DNA from: Candidatus Thalassarchaeaceae archaeon
Lineage (GTDB): Archaea; Thermoplasmatota; Poseidoniia; Poseidoniales; Thalassarchaeaceae
Assembly (NCBI GenBank): GCA_029250605.1
Contig: JAQXEZ010000016.1
Location: forward strand, 1,743-65,742
Direction of reading: 5' to 3'
Length of the DNA: 64,000 bases
Each line of letters opens with the position of its first letter. Positions within the stretch are counted from its first letter, which is position 1. The position numbers and the translations under genes are program-made. The notes beneath the pieces were generated by a model, which was not told the DNA's origin, searched no databases, and worked only from the letters and a program-made list of their open reading frames with translations. Of this stretch, positions 30,513-40,993 are shown in pieces.

Positions 30513-30516
30513 CTGC

Positions 30517-31350
30517 TCATCTCACCGCCTTCATAGCCGAGAAAGCATCCGAATGTTCGATCACGTCATGGACCCTGATTATGTCAACCTCTTTCTGCAT
30601 TGAAACAGCTGCTATGCCCAGAGTTCCAGCGAGCCTCTCGTCACTACTTTCCCGGCCAAGAAGGTCCCGAAACATGCTCTTCCTACTGACTCCCCACATC
30701 AGTCCCATTTGCCTATCAGGTACAACGCTCCTTCCCGAAGAGAGTAGCGCTAGGTTATGATCCAGGGTCTTTCCGAATCCTATCCCCGGGTCAGCAACTA
30801 TGTGTGACGGATGGACGCCCGCTTCGACTAGTCTGCTTGTAGTTTCAACTAGGTACGACCTCACTTCATCCACCACATTGCCATACTTGGGGCCATCCTG
30901 CATGTTTTCAGGTAGTCCTTGCATGTGCATGACGCAAACTGGGCACTCGAATTCAACTACCACGTCTATCATTCCCGGATCCCCCATGGACGAGACGTCA
31001 TTCACCATGTCAGCCCCGGATTCTAGAGCCTGACGTGCAACATCTGCTCTTCTTGAGTCCACGGATATGCAGATGTCCGGTAGTTCGGCCCTGATTCCCT
31101 CTATTGCAGGGATAACTCGCCTCAACTCGTCTTCTACTGGCACCGAATCAGCACCAGGTCTCGTAGATTCGCCTCCCACGTCAATCCACTCGGCCCCGTC
31201 TGCTGCCATTCTGATTGCCACGGCAACCGCCTGATTGGTGTCTGTCGACCTGGAACCGGAATGAAATGAGTCAGGAGTGACGTTGACAACCCCCATAATC
31301 CTCGGAAAACCATCCTCTCGGCGATTTAGCATGGGTCGCCAGTCGGCCAT
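30517..31350 (-). CDS. folP: Dihydropteroate synthase
   Basis: MGVVNVTPDSF, DVGGESTRPG, DPGIGFGK, SRKS, RVHDV. Confidence 0.95.
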   Translation of the reverse strand: MADWRPMLNRREDGFPRIMGVVNVTPDSFHSGSRSTDTNQAVAVAIRMAADGAEWIDVGGESTRPGADSVPVEDELRRVIPAIEGIRAELPDICISVDSRRADVARQALESGADMVNDVSSMGDPGMIDVVVEFECPVCVMHMQGLPENMQDGPKYGNVVDEVRSYLVETTSRLVEAGVHPSHIVADPGIGFGKTLDHNLALLSSGRSVVPDRQMGLMWGVSRKSMFRDLLGRESSDERLAGTLGIAAVSMQKEVDIIRVHDVIEHSDAFSAMKAVR

Positions 31351-31404
31351 ATGGAACTCGCAAACGACGATTGCTTTATGATGTGACGGAGGGGCAATCG
31401 GACG

Positions 31405-32052
31405 ATGGTTATGGGAGATGATGCTTCCCTAGAGGCCTCAGAACCACAATCCGCCCAAGACGCAGCAGACTCCCATGATCCTGAGACGCTGTTCATCCTT
31501 GACTCGATTGTACAGAGGCTAAAGCCTCGTGACGCGCACCATGTTAGGGACATGATTACCGAGCGAGGTAGAACCTCCGGAGCTCTATTCCTTTCAAGCG
31601 CACTATGGTGGTGGATTACTATCAGTAAAGGCTCAGAGGAAGTCAATGACTCTCTAATCCCGCCCTCGACTCTAGGCTCTCTAGACTTCGAAACAGTCAG
31701 CATGATCATCCCGGCCCTCGTCGTCGCAGCCATTCTCTTCACAGGAATCGGGAGGGAGAGGGGTAATGCCACAATGTCACAGATAGGTGGTGGGCTGGGA
31801 GTCCTTGCTGCGTTCTACATCATCGAGCCAGCTATGATGAACTGGGGGGAGCTCGAGGGAGATGCGCTATTCGCAACGGGGCGGGTTCTCGTCCTTGCGG
31901 TGATGGTAGGATTCGCTTCACACATGATGTTTGATGCTCTCTTACTTCAATGGGTCAGAGCCAGCATGCTGAACATGGGCGTCGACGTCTTCCCATCCTC
32001 TGGAACAGATGCCCTCGAGGGTCATGCTGATGAGCCACCCCCTTTCGCATGA
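31405..32052 (+). CDS. Hypothetical membrane protein
   Basis: Four hydrophobic helices; ends 3 nt before trm56. Confidence 0.65.
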   Translation: MVMGDDASLEASEPQSAQDAADSHDPETLFILDSIVQRLKPRDAHHVRDMITERGRTSGALFLSSALWWWITISKGSEEVNDSLIPPSTLGSLDFETVSMIIPALVVAAILFTGIGRERGNATMSQIGGGLGVLAAFYIIEPAMMNWGELEGDALFATGRVLVLAVMVGFASHMMFDALLLQWVRASMLNMGVDVFPSSGTDALEGHADEPPPFA

Positions 32053-32055
32053 GCC

Positions 32056-32610
32056 ATGAGTGACGAGATGCCACCCAGTCTGTCCGTGCTTAGACTGGGG
32101 CACCGACGTGACAGAGACAAGAGAATAACATCTCATCTAGGACTCACTGCTCGGGCTTTCGGGGCTGACGAGGTTATTCTCGCAGGAGACAGGGACCCCT
32201 CTGCGCTGGAGACATGGGATTCAGTGACAGAACGATTCGGAGGGGAATTCTCGAGCAGGTTCGAGGAGAGTCCCATGTCATTCCTCAGGAAGCAGTCTAA
32301 GTCCGGAGGGGCAACAATAGTTCATCTCACGATGTACGGCAGCCCTTGGGAGAAAACCATTCCAAGTATCCCCATAGACAAGCCTGCCTTGGTGGTGGTG
32401 GGAGGCACAAAGGTTCCAGCCGAGGTCTACCACTTGGCTGACCACAATGTTTCCATAGGGAACCAACCACACTCGGAAGTAGCTGCTCTTGCGGTGTTTC
32501 TGAACTCTTGGCTAGGTCCCGTAGACAACGACTCAAAGTTCTCTGGGGCTAAGATGAAAGTGATCCCATCATCCAAGGGAAAGGTCGTAATCAACGATGA
32601 TGAAGAGTGA
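32056..32610 (+). CDS. trm56: tRNA (cytidine-56 2'-O)-methyltransferase, archaeal
   Basis: LRLGHRRDRDKRITSH, VHLTMYG, VGGTKVP, NQPHSEVAALA. Confidence 0.95.
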   Translation: MSDEMPPSLSVLRLGHRRDRDKRITSHLGLTARAFGADEVILAGDRDPSALETWDSVTERFGGEFSSRFEESPMSFLRKQSKSGGATIVHLTMYGSPWEKTIPSIPIDKPALVVVGGTKVPAEVYHLADHNVSIGNQPHSEVAALAVFLNSWLGPVDNDSKFSGAKMKVIPSSKGKVVINDDEE

Positions 32611-32676
32611 ATTTACATTAGCGGAAATTCCTATTCCCTGTCAACCATTAAGAATCGTACTTGGGCAGCCTTGCTG

Positions 32677-34011
32677 ATGTCGGAGAGTCCAGTAGACGGG
32701 GGCTTCTGCCCCGGCGCTGGTATTCGCGGCGTCGATTCCCCTCCAACATTCTCTGATGCAGCGGATTCGATCCTCGAGTCCGGAAGTTTAGAGCATCCCA
32801 GTGGCTCCCGTGGAATCCTACTACTTGCCGATGGAACCAGGTACGCGGGACGACTTTTCGGCTCTGAGGAAATCGCTGAGGGAGAGTTGGTTTTCACTAC
32901 CGGGATGTGCGGATATCAGGAAAGCCTGACAGATCCATCCTTCGCCGGGCAGGTCCTAACTTTCACATATCCACTTCTGGGGAACTACGGGATCCACCCA
33001 GGGGTCTCGGAGTCATCTTCGGTCCATCCCCGAGGCGTCGTCTGCCGACAACACATGACGTCTCCCGACCACCGTGACTCCGTGGGGAGCGTGCATGACC
33101 TATTGGTCGCACACAACGTCCCTGGGATCGAGGGAATCGATACACGGGCACTAACCAGGAGGGTCAGGGAGCATGGAACTCTTCTCTGCGTGTTCGGACC
33201 TGCTGAGAGACTCGAGGAAATGGAGGTGATTCTTACGGAACTAACCGCTCCTGATGCGGAAGACTTGGTAGCCCAAGTAACCTGCAAGGAGCCTAAGCTA
33301 CTAAATCCCGGTGCCCAGGATGACGAAGGTCTTCCGCTACCACGCCTCGCAGCTATCGATTGTGGTGTCAAGCACAACATTCTGAGGGAGCTTTGCACTA
33401 GGTTCGAGGTCGTCTGGTGTCCAGCTGACATGCCTCTAGGGGAGATTGTCCGAGACTGGTCCCCTGATGCCCTCTTTGCATCCAATGGGCCTGGTGACCC
33501 AGCCCACCCGGGAGCCGCAACAGTTGCGAGGAGGAGTTTGGCAGCCGCCGTCCGACAGGGGATGCCAGTAATGGGGATATGTCTAGGGCATCAGTTGATG
33601 GGACTTGCAGCCGGACTAAGGACGTACAAGCTGAGATATGGTCACAGAGGGTCTAATCAACCAGTCATGGACTTGGAGACGGGGAGAGTCCACATCACAA
33701 GCCAGAATCACGGATTCGCTGTCGAGGATCCCGTACAGGGGATGCTCGCCCCTCACCCTAGTGGGGCCTGCTCTGAAACCAGTGACAATGTACTGGGTGC
33801 TGAGTTCAAAGTCCGTCACATCAACTCCAACGATGGTACAGTGGAGGGGCTTGACCTATTGGACAAACCTGCTTTCACAATCCAATTCCATCCTGAGGCT
33901 TGCCCGGGACCGCATGACGCCTCACCTTTATTCGACAGATTCCAGCAAATGGTTGCAGATCATCTCGAGAGTCCGGAAGCAGAACTAGTAAGCAAGGAAG
34001 GCGGTTCCTGA
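32677..34011 (+). CDS. carA: Carbamoyl-phosphate synthase small subunit
   Basis: GYQESLTDPS, SNGPGDP, GICLGHQ, TSQNHGF, QFHPE; N-terminal extension of about 40 aa. Confidence 0.95.
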   Translation: MSESPVDGGFCPGAGIRGVDSPPTFSDAADSILESGSLEHPSGSRGILLLADGTRYAGRLFGSEEIAEGELVFTTGMCGYQESLTDPSFAGQVLTFTYPLLGNYGIHPGVSESSSVHPRGVVCRQHMTSPDHRDSVGSVHDLLVAHNVPGIEGIDTRALTRRVREHGTLLCVFGPAERLEEMEVILTELTAPDAEDLVAQVTCKEPKLLNPGAQDDEGLPLPRLAAIDCGVKHNILRELCTRFEVVWCPADMPLGEIVRDWSPDALFASNGPGDPAHPGAATVARRSLAAAVRQGMPVMGICLGHQLMGLAAGLRTYKLRYGHRGSNQPVMDLETGRVHITSQNHGFAVEDPVQGMLAPHPSGACSETSDNVLGAEFKVRHINSNDGTVEGLDLLDKPAFTIQFHPEACPGPHDASPLFDRFQQMVADHLESPEAELVSKEGGS

Positions 34012-37000
34012 TGCCTCGTCGTGATGACTTGAAGAGAATCCTCATCCTTGGTAGCGGTCCTATTCGTATCGGTCAGGCAGCAGAGTTCGATTTCTCTGGT
34101 TCACAGGCCTGTCGGGCACTCCGTTCAGACGGTTACGAAGTGATTCTTGTCAACTCCAACCCCGCAACGATTCAGAACGACCCCGAGATGGCAGACAGGA
34201 TATACATCGAACCGCTGCTGCCAGAGGTGGTAAAGCGGATCATGGAGACTGAGAAGCCAGACGCACTCTTGGCAGGAATGGGGGGGCAGACAGCCCTGAA
34301 CATAGCATCTGCTCTCGCTAAGGACGGAACTCTTGACGAGTTAGGAGTTGAGTTAATTGGTTGCAACCTTGCTGCGATAGATGAGGCAGAGGACAGAGAC
34401 CTCTTCAAGAGGGTCTGCGAGGAGATCGACCTTCCAGTCTGCAAGGCCATGGCCTGCGAATCAATAGAGCAAGTCATTGCAGCCGCAGAGGAACTGGGTT
34501 CTTTCCCATTACTGATTAGGCCGGCTTTCACCCTAGGTGGTCTTGGTGGCGGAACAGCATTCAACACGGGCGAGTTGGTTGAGATAGCGAGCCAAGGAAT
34601 ATTGCACTCAGCAATTGGCCAGGTACTCATAGAGGAGAGTATTCTAGGTTGGCAAGAGCACGAGTATGAGGTAATGAGGGACAACTCAGACAATGCCATC
34701 ATCGTTTGCACTATGGAGAACATCGATCCGATGGGCGTTCACACGGGTGAGTCGATAGTAGTGGCACCACAGCAGACTCTTTCCGATCGTGACCATCAGG
34801 GACTTCGAGACTCAGCACTGAAACTAATCAGGAGGCTCAACATCAAGGGCGGGTGCAATGTCCAGTTCGCAGTCGAGCAATCCACTGGAGACTACCGGGT
34901 AATTGAGGTGAATCCTCGTGTCTCCCGCTCCTCTGCATTGGCATCGAAGGCCACAGGTTACCCAATCGCAAGGATGGCAGCGTTGATCGCAGTTGGGTAT
35001 ACTTTGGACGAACTGCCCAATCCAATTACTGGAGAGGGGACGACGGCCGCATTCGAACCAACTCTGGACTATTGTGTGGTCAAGATTCCTAGATGGCCGT
35101 TCGACAAGTTCAGAACTGCAGACAGGACTCTAGGAACCTCGATGAAATCTACAGGCGAAGTAATGGCTATTGGACGTTCCTTCGAGGAAGCATGCCTCAA
35201 GGCATGGGCTAGTTTGGAGTACGGCCAACCCCATCCAAGACCATTGACAATGTCCGATGCTTCCGATGGAGAGACAATGGATGAAAGGGCATCTGAGAGG
35301 CTACCAACTGCACTTCATGAGGACTGGCTCCGAATACCTACGGATAGGCGGCTGGGGGCTGTCTTTGAGGCGTTTCGCAGAGGTTACTCGATCGAGGACG
35401 TGAGGGATCTGACTGGTGGGATTACGAGATGGTTTCTCAGAAGGTTCGAGAGAATTGCGGTAATAGAGACGGAGATCAGAGCAGCAGGGGAGATTGGGAT
35501 GCTCCCAGCAGAAATACCTCAATCCGAAATGAGTTCCTGGAAGGGAGCAGGATTCACAGATTTGCACATTGCGGATGCGCTTTGTGGCTTCCCTGAGAGC
35601 GGCTTCAAGAATCTCCCAACCGGACAAGATGAAACCTCTGTTAGGTTGAGGAGGCACGAACTAGGAGTACATCCACGATATCGGATGGTCGACTCTTGCG
35701 CCGCAGAGTTCGCTGCAGTCACGCCATACTACTACTCGACGTATGAAGGTGGTTCGGCAGAGACGGGTGTGGATTATGTTCCCGGATTAGCATCCTCCGT
35801 CAAACAGAGGATAGCCGTGGTCGGTTCAGGCCCTATTCGAATCGGCCAGGGAATCGAGTTTGACTATGGGTGCGTGCACGCCGCCGGGGCGATTCAAGAC
35901 CTAGGGCACGAGGCGATAATAATCAATAACAACCCAGAGACGGTATCCACTGACTTCGATACAAGCGACAGGTTATACTTCGACCCACTTACTCTGGAAT
36001 CTGTAACAGAGATTCTCCTTAGGGAAGATGCAAATGGGATTCTGCTACAGTTTGGTGGTCAGACTGCAATCAACCTGGCCCTCCCCCTATCCGATGAACT
36101 CCCTCATCTTTCCTCCATGGGCCTAGAACTCGTGATGGAAGGTACATCTCCCGAATCAGTAGACGAGGCAAGTGATCGTGAACGATTCGAGGAGTTCGCG
36201 CTACGATGTGGCCTGAGGATGCCCGATGGGGCGACTGCAACCACTCCAGAGGGAGTTAGGCATGCGGCTAACGAAATTGGATATCCTGTTCTTGTTCGAC
36301 CTTCTTATGTCCTCGGAGGGAGGGGGATGGAGATACTGGCCAACTACAAGCAGTTGGAGTCATACATGAGGGATGCTTACCTCTCATCAGACAGGCCCCT
36401 TCTGATTGACAAGTATCTCGGTAACGCAATGGAGCTAGACGTTGATGCCGTCTGCGATGGCGAGGATGTACTCGTTGGAGCAATAATGGAGCATCTCGAG
36501 GAAGCGGGAATTCACTCTGGAGACTCAACTTGCTTCATCCCTCCGCAGAACGTACCAGATGAAATCCTCGAGCAAGTCGATGAATGGACAAGGGTGATCG
36601 GACTAGAGCTCGGTATTCGCGGCTGCTATAACATCCAGTTTGCAATCCATGACGGCCTACTGTACGTTCTCGAAGTAAACCCCAGAGGATCCAGGACATT
36701 TCCCTTCGTCGCTAAGTCTACAGGAATCCCACTTGCTAGGATTGCTGCGAGGGTGGCTCTAGGGGAGAGGTTGTGCGATCTTGAGGTGCCCGAGCCACAG
36801 ACCGCTGCTGTCTGTGTCAAGGCTCCAGTATTCCCATTCATCAAACTTCGTGGTTTGGATCCGGCACCAGGTCCCGAGATGAAATCTACAGGAGAGGTCA
36901 TGGGTTCTCACGTCAGAGCCTCAGCCGCTTATCTCAAGGCAAGACTTGCAACCGAAATACCCGTGCCAACCGAAGGAGGGGTGTACATCACCGTGAAGGA

Positions 37001-37379
37001 TGACGACAAGTACGCAATGATCCCACTAGCGGAGAGCCTCAGGGAAATTGGATTCACTATTTTCGCTACTAGGGGTACCTCTCGAGTCCTCCGGGGCGTG
37101 GGGGAACTGGAGGTGGAGACATGCTACAGGATTGCAGAGGGGCGTTCTCCAGATGCCCTGGATCTGATGCGCCAAGGGAAGATACAACTCGTGATTAACA
37201 CTCCTAGATCTACTGGAGGGGCCGTTCTAGATGGCAACATGATGAGAAGACTGGCGGTAGAACTCAACATTCCATTCGTCACCACCATGGCAGGTGCAAG
37301 AATGGAGGTCGAGGCAGTCAAGGAAGCCCTCTTGGGGATTCCAGAACCACGTTTACTCGATATCAAGACCCTCAATTAG
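34011..37379 (+). CDS. carB: Carbamoyl-phosphate synthase large subunit
   Basis: GSGPIRIGQ twice, EVNPR twice, MKSTGEVM twice, C-terminal MGS domain. Confidence 0.97.
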   Translation: MPRRDDLKRILILGSGPIRIGQAAEFDFSGSQACRALRSDGYEVILVNSNPATIQNDPEMADRIYIEPLLPEVVKRIMETEKPDALLAGMGGQTALNIASALAKDGTLDELGVELIGCNLAAIDEAEDRDLFKRVCEEIDLPVCKAMACESIEQVIAAAEELGSFPLLIRPAFTLGGLGGGTAFNTGELVEIASQGILHSAIGQVLIEESILGWQEHEYEVMRDNSDNAIIVCTMENIDPMGVHTGESIVVAPQQTLSDRDHQGLRDSALKLIRRLNIKGGCNVQFAVEQSTGDYRVIEVNPRVSRSSALASKATGYPIARMAALIAVGYTLDELPNPITGEGTTAAFEPTLDYCVVKIPRWPFDKFRTADRTLGTSMKSTGEVMAIGRSFEEACLKAWASLEYGQPHPRPLTMSDASDGETMDERASERLPTALHEDWLRIPTDRRLGAVFEAFRRGYSIEDVRDLTGGITRWFLRRFERIAVIETEIRAAGEIGMLPAEIPQSEMSSWKGAGFTDLHIADALCGFPESGFKNLPTGQDETSVRLRRHELGVHPRYRMVDSCAAEFAAVTPYYYSTYEGGSAETGVDYVPGLASSVKQRIAVVGSGPIRIGQGIEFDYGCVHAAGAIQDLGHEAIIINNNPETVSTDFDTSDRLYFDPLTLESVTEILLREDANGILLQFGGQTAINLALPLSDELPHLSSMGLELVMEGTSPESVDEASDRERFEEFALRCGLRMPDGATATTPEGVRHAANEIGYPVLVRPSYVLGGRGMEILANYKQLESYMRDAYLSSDRPLLIDKYLGNAMELDVDAVCDGEDVLVGAIMEHLEEAGIHSGDSTCFIPPQNVPDEILEQVDEWTRVIGLELGIRGCYNIQFAIHDGLLYVLEVNPRGSRTFPFVAKSTGIPLARIAARVALGERLCDLEVPEPQTAAVCVKAPVFPFIKLRGLDPAPGPEMKSTGEVMGSHVRASAAYLKARLATEIPVPTEGGVYITVKDDDKYAMIPLAESLREIGFTIFATRGTSRVLRGVGELEVETCYRIAEGRSPDALDLMRQGKIQLVINTPRSTGGAVLDGNMMRRLAVELNIPFVTTMAGARMEVEAVKEALLGIPEPRLLDIKTLN

Positions 37380-37389
37380 AGTTAGACTC

Positions 37390-37719
37390 TTACTGAATTA
37401 GGGTGGCCCCAGTTTCAGTCTTGATTATCCTTCCGTCCTTCTTGGTGTGGACAGCCATCACAGCCTCAGTTGTGCCATCTGGGAAGTCCATCACCGAGTG
37501 CTCGACTAGAATATCATCGTTCTCGTAGATGCATCTTGATTCTTTGATCACTACATCTTCATTCGCCATCATGCTAACCATCATCTCACTCATCTGGGAC
37601 TTGCCAATTGTTGTCCCTGTTTGATGGCGGACGAATTCGTAGTCATCGTGTAATGCCTCCGTGTAATGCGTAGCGTCCCTTTCTTCTATTGCCTTCATCA
37701 GTAGTTCGTAAACTCCCAT
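37390..37719 (-). CDS. NTF2/SnoaL-like small protein
   Basis: LHDDYEFVRH, CIYENDDILV, KKDGRII pattern. Confidence 0.7.
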   Translation of the reverse strand: MGVYELLMKAIEERDATHYTEALHDDYEFVRHQTGTTIGKSQMSEMMVSMMANEDVVIKESRCIYENDDILVEHSVMDFPDGTTEAVMAVHTKKDGRIIKTETGATLIQ

Positions 37720-37815
37720 GGGGGCCGGTCCAGTATGGTGAATTTGAGAGTTTTCTATACCATTACGAATCCAATCAGTAGTTTTGGAAGGAGTAGCAGA
37801 GCTCCCCTTTCCACC

Positions 37816-39390
37816 CTATGCACTTCCAAGGAGGGACAGAACCCCCTCTCGGTCCATCTCGAAGAGGAGGGAGGAAGCCTTGGGCCCGTAGTCCCTGCCT
37901 ATTAGGGCCCAATATATCGAGGAATACCCCTTCCTTCTTGGGATCTCTGCAGATTCGCAAGCATCTGCAATCGACTCATTGATTCCCTCATCCGACCATT
38001 CGCATTCAGACAGGAGCGTAGAAAGCGCAGAAAGGAACCGCTTACTCTCCCCATCTAGATTATCCTTAGCTTCATCGCTCAGGGCCATCTTGATCTCAAT
38101 CTTCGCGTCTTCGGGGAAGTGTGGGCCCTCAATCCAAGTTCTCATTCTTTCGAGTCGAACCACCAGTGATTTCCCAGGTTTCCCTTGGATATGCTCGGAC
38201 CTGTTCAGAGATCTCCAGACGTCTTCATCAGAGGACTTGATCTGTGCGAGCATTGAGAGGTGCCTGAAAGAGACCCCACCTATCGATTCACGGGGGTCAG
38301 AACCAGATTCAACTTGACTCAGCCTAATTGCACCTCTTTGGGTCTGAGCTGCCACCAACTGTCTTTTTGTCATCCCAGATTCCTCCTTAGTTGGGTTAGA
38401 AACAAGTCTTTCATACTCATCAGCGGTTCGGAAAAGGGCACTTCCGGTATCGAATTCTATGTGTCTGTTAATCTTGCTTCTCGCGATAACATAGCGAAGA
38501 ATCTCTGGGGGGACCAGGGAGAGGGCCTCCATCGGGCCAACGGTGAGGCCCGTAGAGCTGGACATTGGTCCCATCCCCTTCAATTGAATCCATTCGTAGA
38601 CAATTTTGTCCGGCGGATCGCCACCTAGGAGCCTGCAAATAGGAATTCCAGTGTCGTAACTTCCTCCAGCGGCACCATGGTCCTTACCGGCTGGCTCGCA
38701 AGTGATGCCGTGAATCGCCCATCTGGCGGCCCAATCGATTCTCCAGGGCATCTTTCCCTCGGCCTTCCTGATGTCGGACTTCCCTTCTATTCCATGCGAG
38801 TCTATCCAGAGGACAAATGGATTCTCGTAGCCAGTCACTATCACTCCATCGAGGCTACCATCGGATCCCATCGGGTTGTAAGGGAACCAGTCGTCAGCTA
38901 GTTCTCTCCCTGAAATATCCTGAATAATACCTCTAATCTCTTCCTTCTTTGAGATGGCTGAGTCGATGTATTCAGCGAATCTCCCGGATTCGTAAGTCTC
39001 GTGATTCATCACCACCTCCGGGCGAACTCCAATTTCAGCCAGAGCTTTCAGGAACGGTGCAAGGAAGTGCTCGGCATAGGTATCCCCGCCATCTCCCGGC
39101 CTTCCATCGGGACCAGGAGCCGGGATGTATGCGAGTGGGTGTCCTATGTATTTCTCGTATTCGGGTGATAGGAATTCATACACCCTCCTAAGTGGGTCCA
39201 TTGAGTCTACGATGAAGATGTATTTCGATTGAATGTCTGCATCCATGCATGCCCTATGTATCATCTCAGCAGAGAGAATCTCCCTCAGATGACCGATGTG
39301 GAACTCGCCAGAGGGAGTAATTCCGGAGGCGGAAACCTGTTCGCCTCCACGCTCGATGAGCCTTTGTGCGGTATAATCCGCCCAGTGCAT
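37816..39390 (-). CDS. lysS: Lysine--tRNA ligase, class I
   Basis: MHWAD, GITPSGEFHIGH, WRIDW, EPAGKDH, MSSS. Confidence 0.95.
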   Translation of the reverse strand: MHWADYTAQRLIERGGEQVSASGITPSGEFHIGHLREILSAEMIHRACMDADIQSKYIFIVDSMDPLRRVYEFLSPEYEKYIGHPLAYIPAPGPDGRPGDGGDTYAEHFLAPFLKALAEIGVRPEVVMNHETYESGRFAEYIDSAISKKEEIRGIIQDISGRELADDWFPYNPMGSDGSLDGVIVTGYENPFVLWIDSHGIEGKSDIRKAEGKMPWRIDWAARWAIHGITCEPAGKDHGAAGGSYDTGIPICRLLGGDPPDKIVYEWIQLKGMGPMSSSTGLTVGPMEALSLVPPEILRYVIARSKINRHIEFDTGSALFRTADEYERLVSNPTKEESGMTKRQLVAAQTQRGAIRLSQVESGSDPRESIGGVSFRHLSMLAQIKSSDEDVWRSLNRSEHIQGKPGKSLVVRLERMRTWIEGPHFPEDAKIEIKMALSDEAKDNLDGESKRFLSALSTLLSECEWSDEGINESIADACESAEIPRRKGYSSIYWALIGRDYGPKASSLLFEMDREGVLSLLGSA

Positions 39391-39398
39391 GCGTCACC

Positions 39399-39980
39399 TC
39401 AGACCGTCGCTGCTCGAATCAGCGCCCTCAATGGCACCCCATCGACGTCATCGTCCCAGGACTTGTTTACAAGAACCATGCACATCTTGACATCGGCACC
39501 CGATGCCTTGAGGTCGGCTGCCGTCTTCTGCATGGTCGTGCCAGAAGAATATACGTCATCAATGATGATTACCCTTTTGCCATCAATACCGGCATAGACT
39601 TCTGAGAGATGCCCACCCACCACCTCGTTGATGCTTCTTACGACTGACATTTCCAGATCCATCGTGGAAGAAATTGCCTGGGCGAATGCGATACCGTTGA
39701 TGCTCACTCCAACGATGGTGTCGACTTCGTCACCCACCATCTCATCAATGATGTCGCAGAAAATGTATGACACTGCCTCTATGCGTTCGCCTTTGACAGC
39801 AATTGACCTCCATCCGACCTTAACGTCAAGCGGTTTGTCCTCTACTTCGTAGTCACTGGCAGAGAGCCACTGTACAGTGGTCTGAGACAGCGAAAGCTCA
39901 TCTGCTATTTGTTGGGTGTTGAGTCCGCTTGATCTGAACTCTTCGACCTTTGTCCTTAACTCATCTACACTTAGGTGCAT
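39399..39980 (-). CDS. gfcR: PyrE-like transcriptional regulator (GfcR family: HTH plus PRT domain)
   Basis: N-terminal HTH IADELSLSQTTVQWL; PRPP motif IIDDVYSSGTT. Confidence 0.8.
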   Translation of the reverse strand: MHLSVDELRTKVEEFRSSGLNTQQIADELSLSQTTVQWLSASDYEVEDKPLDVKVGWRSIAVKGERIEAVSYIFCDIIDEMVGDEVDTIVGVSINGIAFAQAISSTMDLEMSVVRSINEVVGGHLSEVYAGIDGKRVIIIDDVYSSGTTMQKTAADLKASGADVKMCMVLVNKSWDDDVDGVPLRALIRAATV

Positions 39981-40052
39981 CAGTCGATGCCAGCGTTAGA
40001 GTGCTATGAATCCACCGGGGGTATTCTATGATGGATGTTGTATTTGCCATAT

Positions 40053-40502
40053 TCAGAATCTGCCGGTGCTTCCGAAGCCACCCTCTCCTCTATCTGTGTC
40101 CCCTAGGTCCCCGACATCAACTTCTGAGAATTGAACATCGGGAATCGGTGCTATCACTAGTTGGGCTATCCTCTCTCCGGATTTCACTTTGTAGGACTCT
40201 CCTTCACCAATCCAGGTCATGAGGACGAACAACTCTCCTCTGTAATCGGCATCAATTGTCCCTATGCTATGAGGCAGGATGAGTCCTTTCGATCCCAGTG
40301 ATGACCTAGCCCTAACTTGACCCTCAAAACCCTCTGGAATAGCGACTCTTAGCCCAGTTCTGAGCTTCACACTAGATCTGAAACTCACAACTGTATCCTC
40401 CAAGCAGTACAGGTCCCACCCAGCAGCATGAGCGCTTCCCTTGGTTGGCATCTTTGCTTGCGAGGAAGTCTTGGCGACCTTGACAATGGGGGCCTCATCC
40501 AT
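40053..40502 (-). CDS. dut: dUTP diphosphatase
   Basis: AAGWDL, RSS, GTIDADYRGE, RIAQL, RGEGGFGSTG. Confidence 0.96.
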   Translation of the reverse strand: MDEAPIVKVAKTSSQAKMPTKGSAHAAGWDLYCLEDTVVSFRSSVKLRTGLRVAIPEGFEGQVRARSSLGSKGLILPHSIGTIDADYRGELFVLMTWIGEGESYKVKSGERIAQLVIAPIPDVQFSEVDVGDLGDTDRGEGGFGSTGRF

Positions 40503-40576
40503 ATGTTCCCGAGCTAGAACCGGTCCTTGACCGTTCCCAAGACTCCCGGTGGGGTGAAAAGCCCCCCTATTCTCGC

Positions 40577-40993
40577 ATGGTCATGTCGAACCGCGGATAC
40601 GAGGACCTCTTGGATCGTGCTAGGGATAGGATTCCTAAGGACATCAGTGAGCGTTCTAGGTGGACAATGCCACAGCCAGACATAATGATTGAGGGGAGTC
40701 AGACTATTCTCCGAAACTTCTCAGAGATTGTAGATGCGATGGATAGGGATGCAAACCACGTTTTCCAGTATCTGTTGAATGAACTTGGAACGTCAGGGAG
40801 CAGAGAGCAAGTCAGAATCATGCTCAAGGGCAAGGTGCCCCCCAAGAGAATCAAGGAGAAGATTGTCTCCTATGTCAAGACGTACATCCTTTGCGGAGAG
40901 TGCAAGGCCCCCGACACTAGGTTCATGCGCGAAGATAGGACGACCCTGTTGAAATGCCAGGCATGCGGTGCTACAAGGCCAGTGCGACTGTAG
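40577..40993 (+). CDS. eif2b: Translation initiation factor 2 subunit beta (archaeal)
   Basis: YEDLLDRA, ELGTSG, zinc ribbon CGEC...CQACGA. Confidence 0.95.
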   Translation: MVMSNRGYEDLLDRARDRIPKDISERSRWTMPQPDIMIEGSQTILRNFSEIVDAMDRDANHVFQYLLNELGTSGSREQVRIMLKGKVPPKRIKEKIVSYVKTYILCGECKAPDTRFMREDRTTLLKCQACGATRPVRL

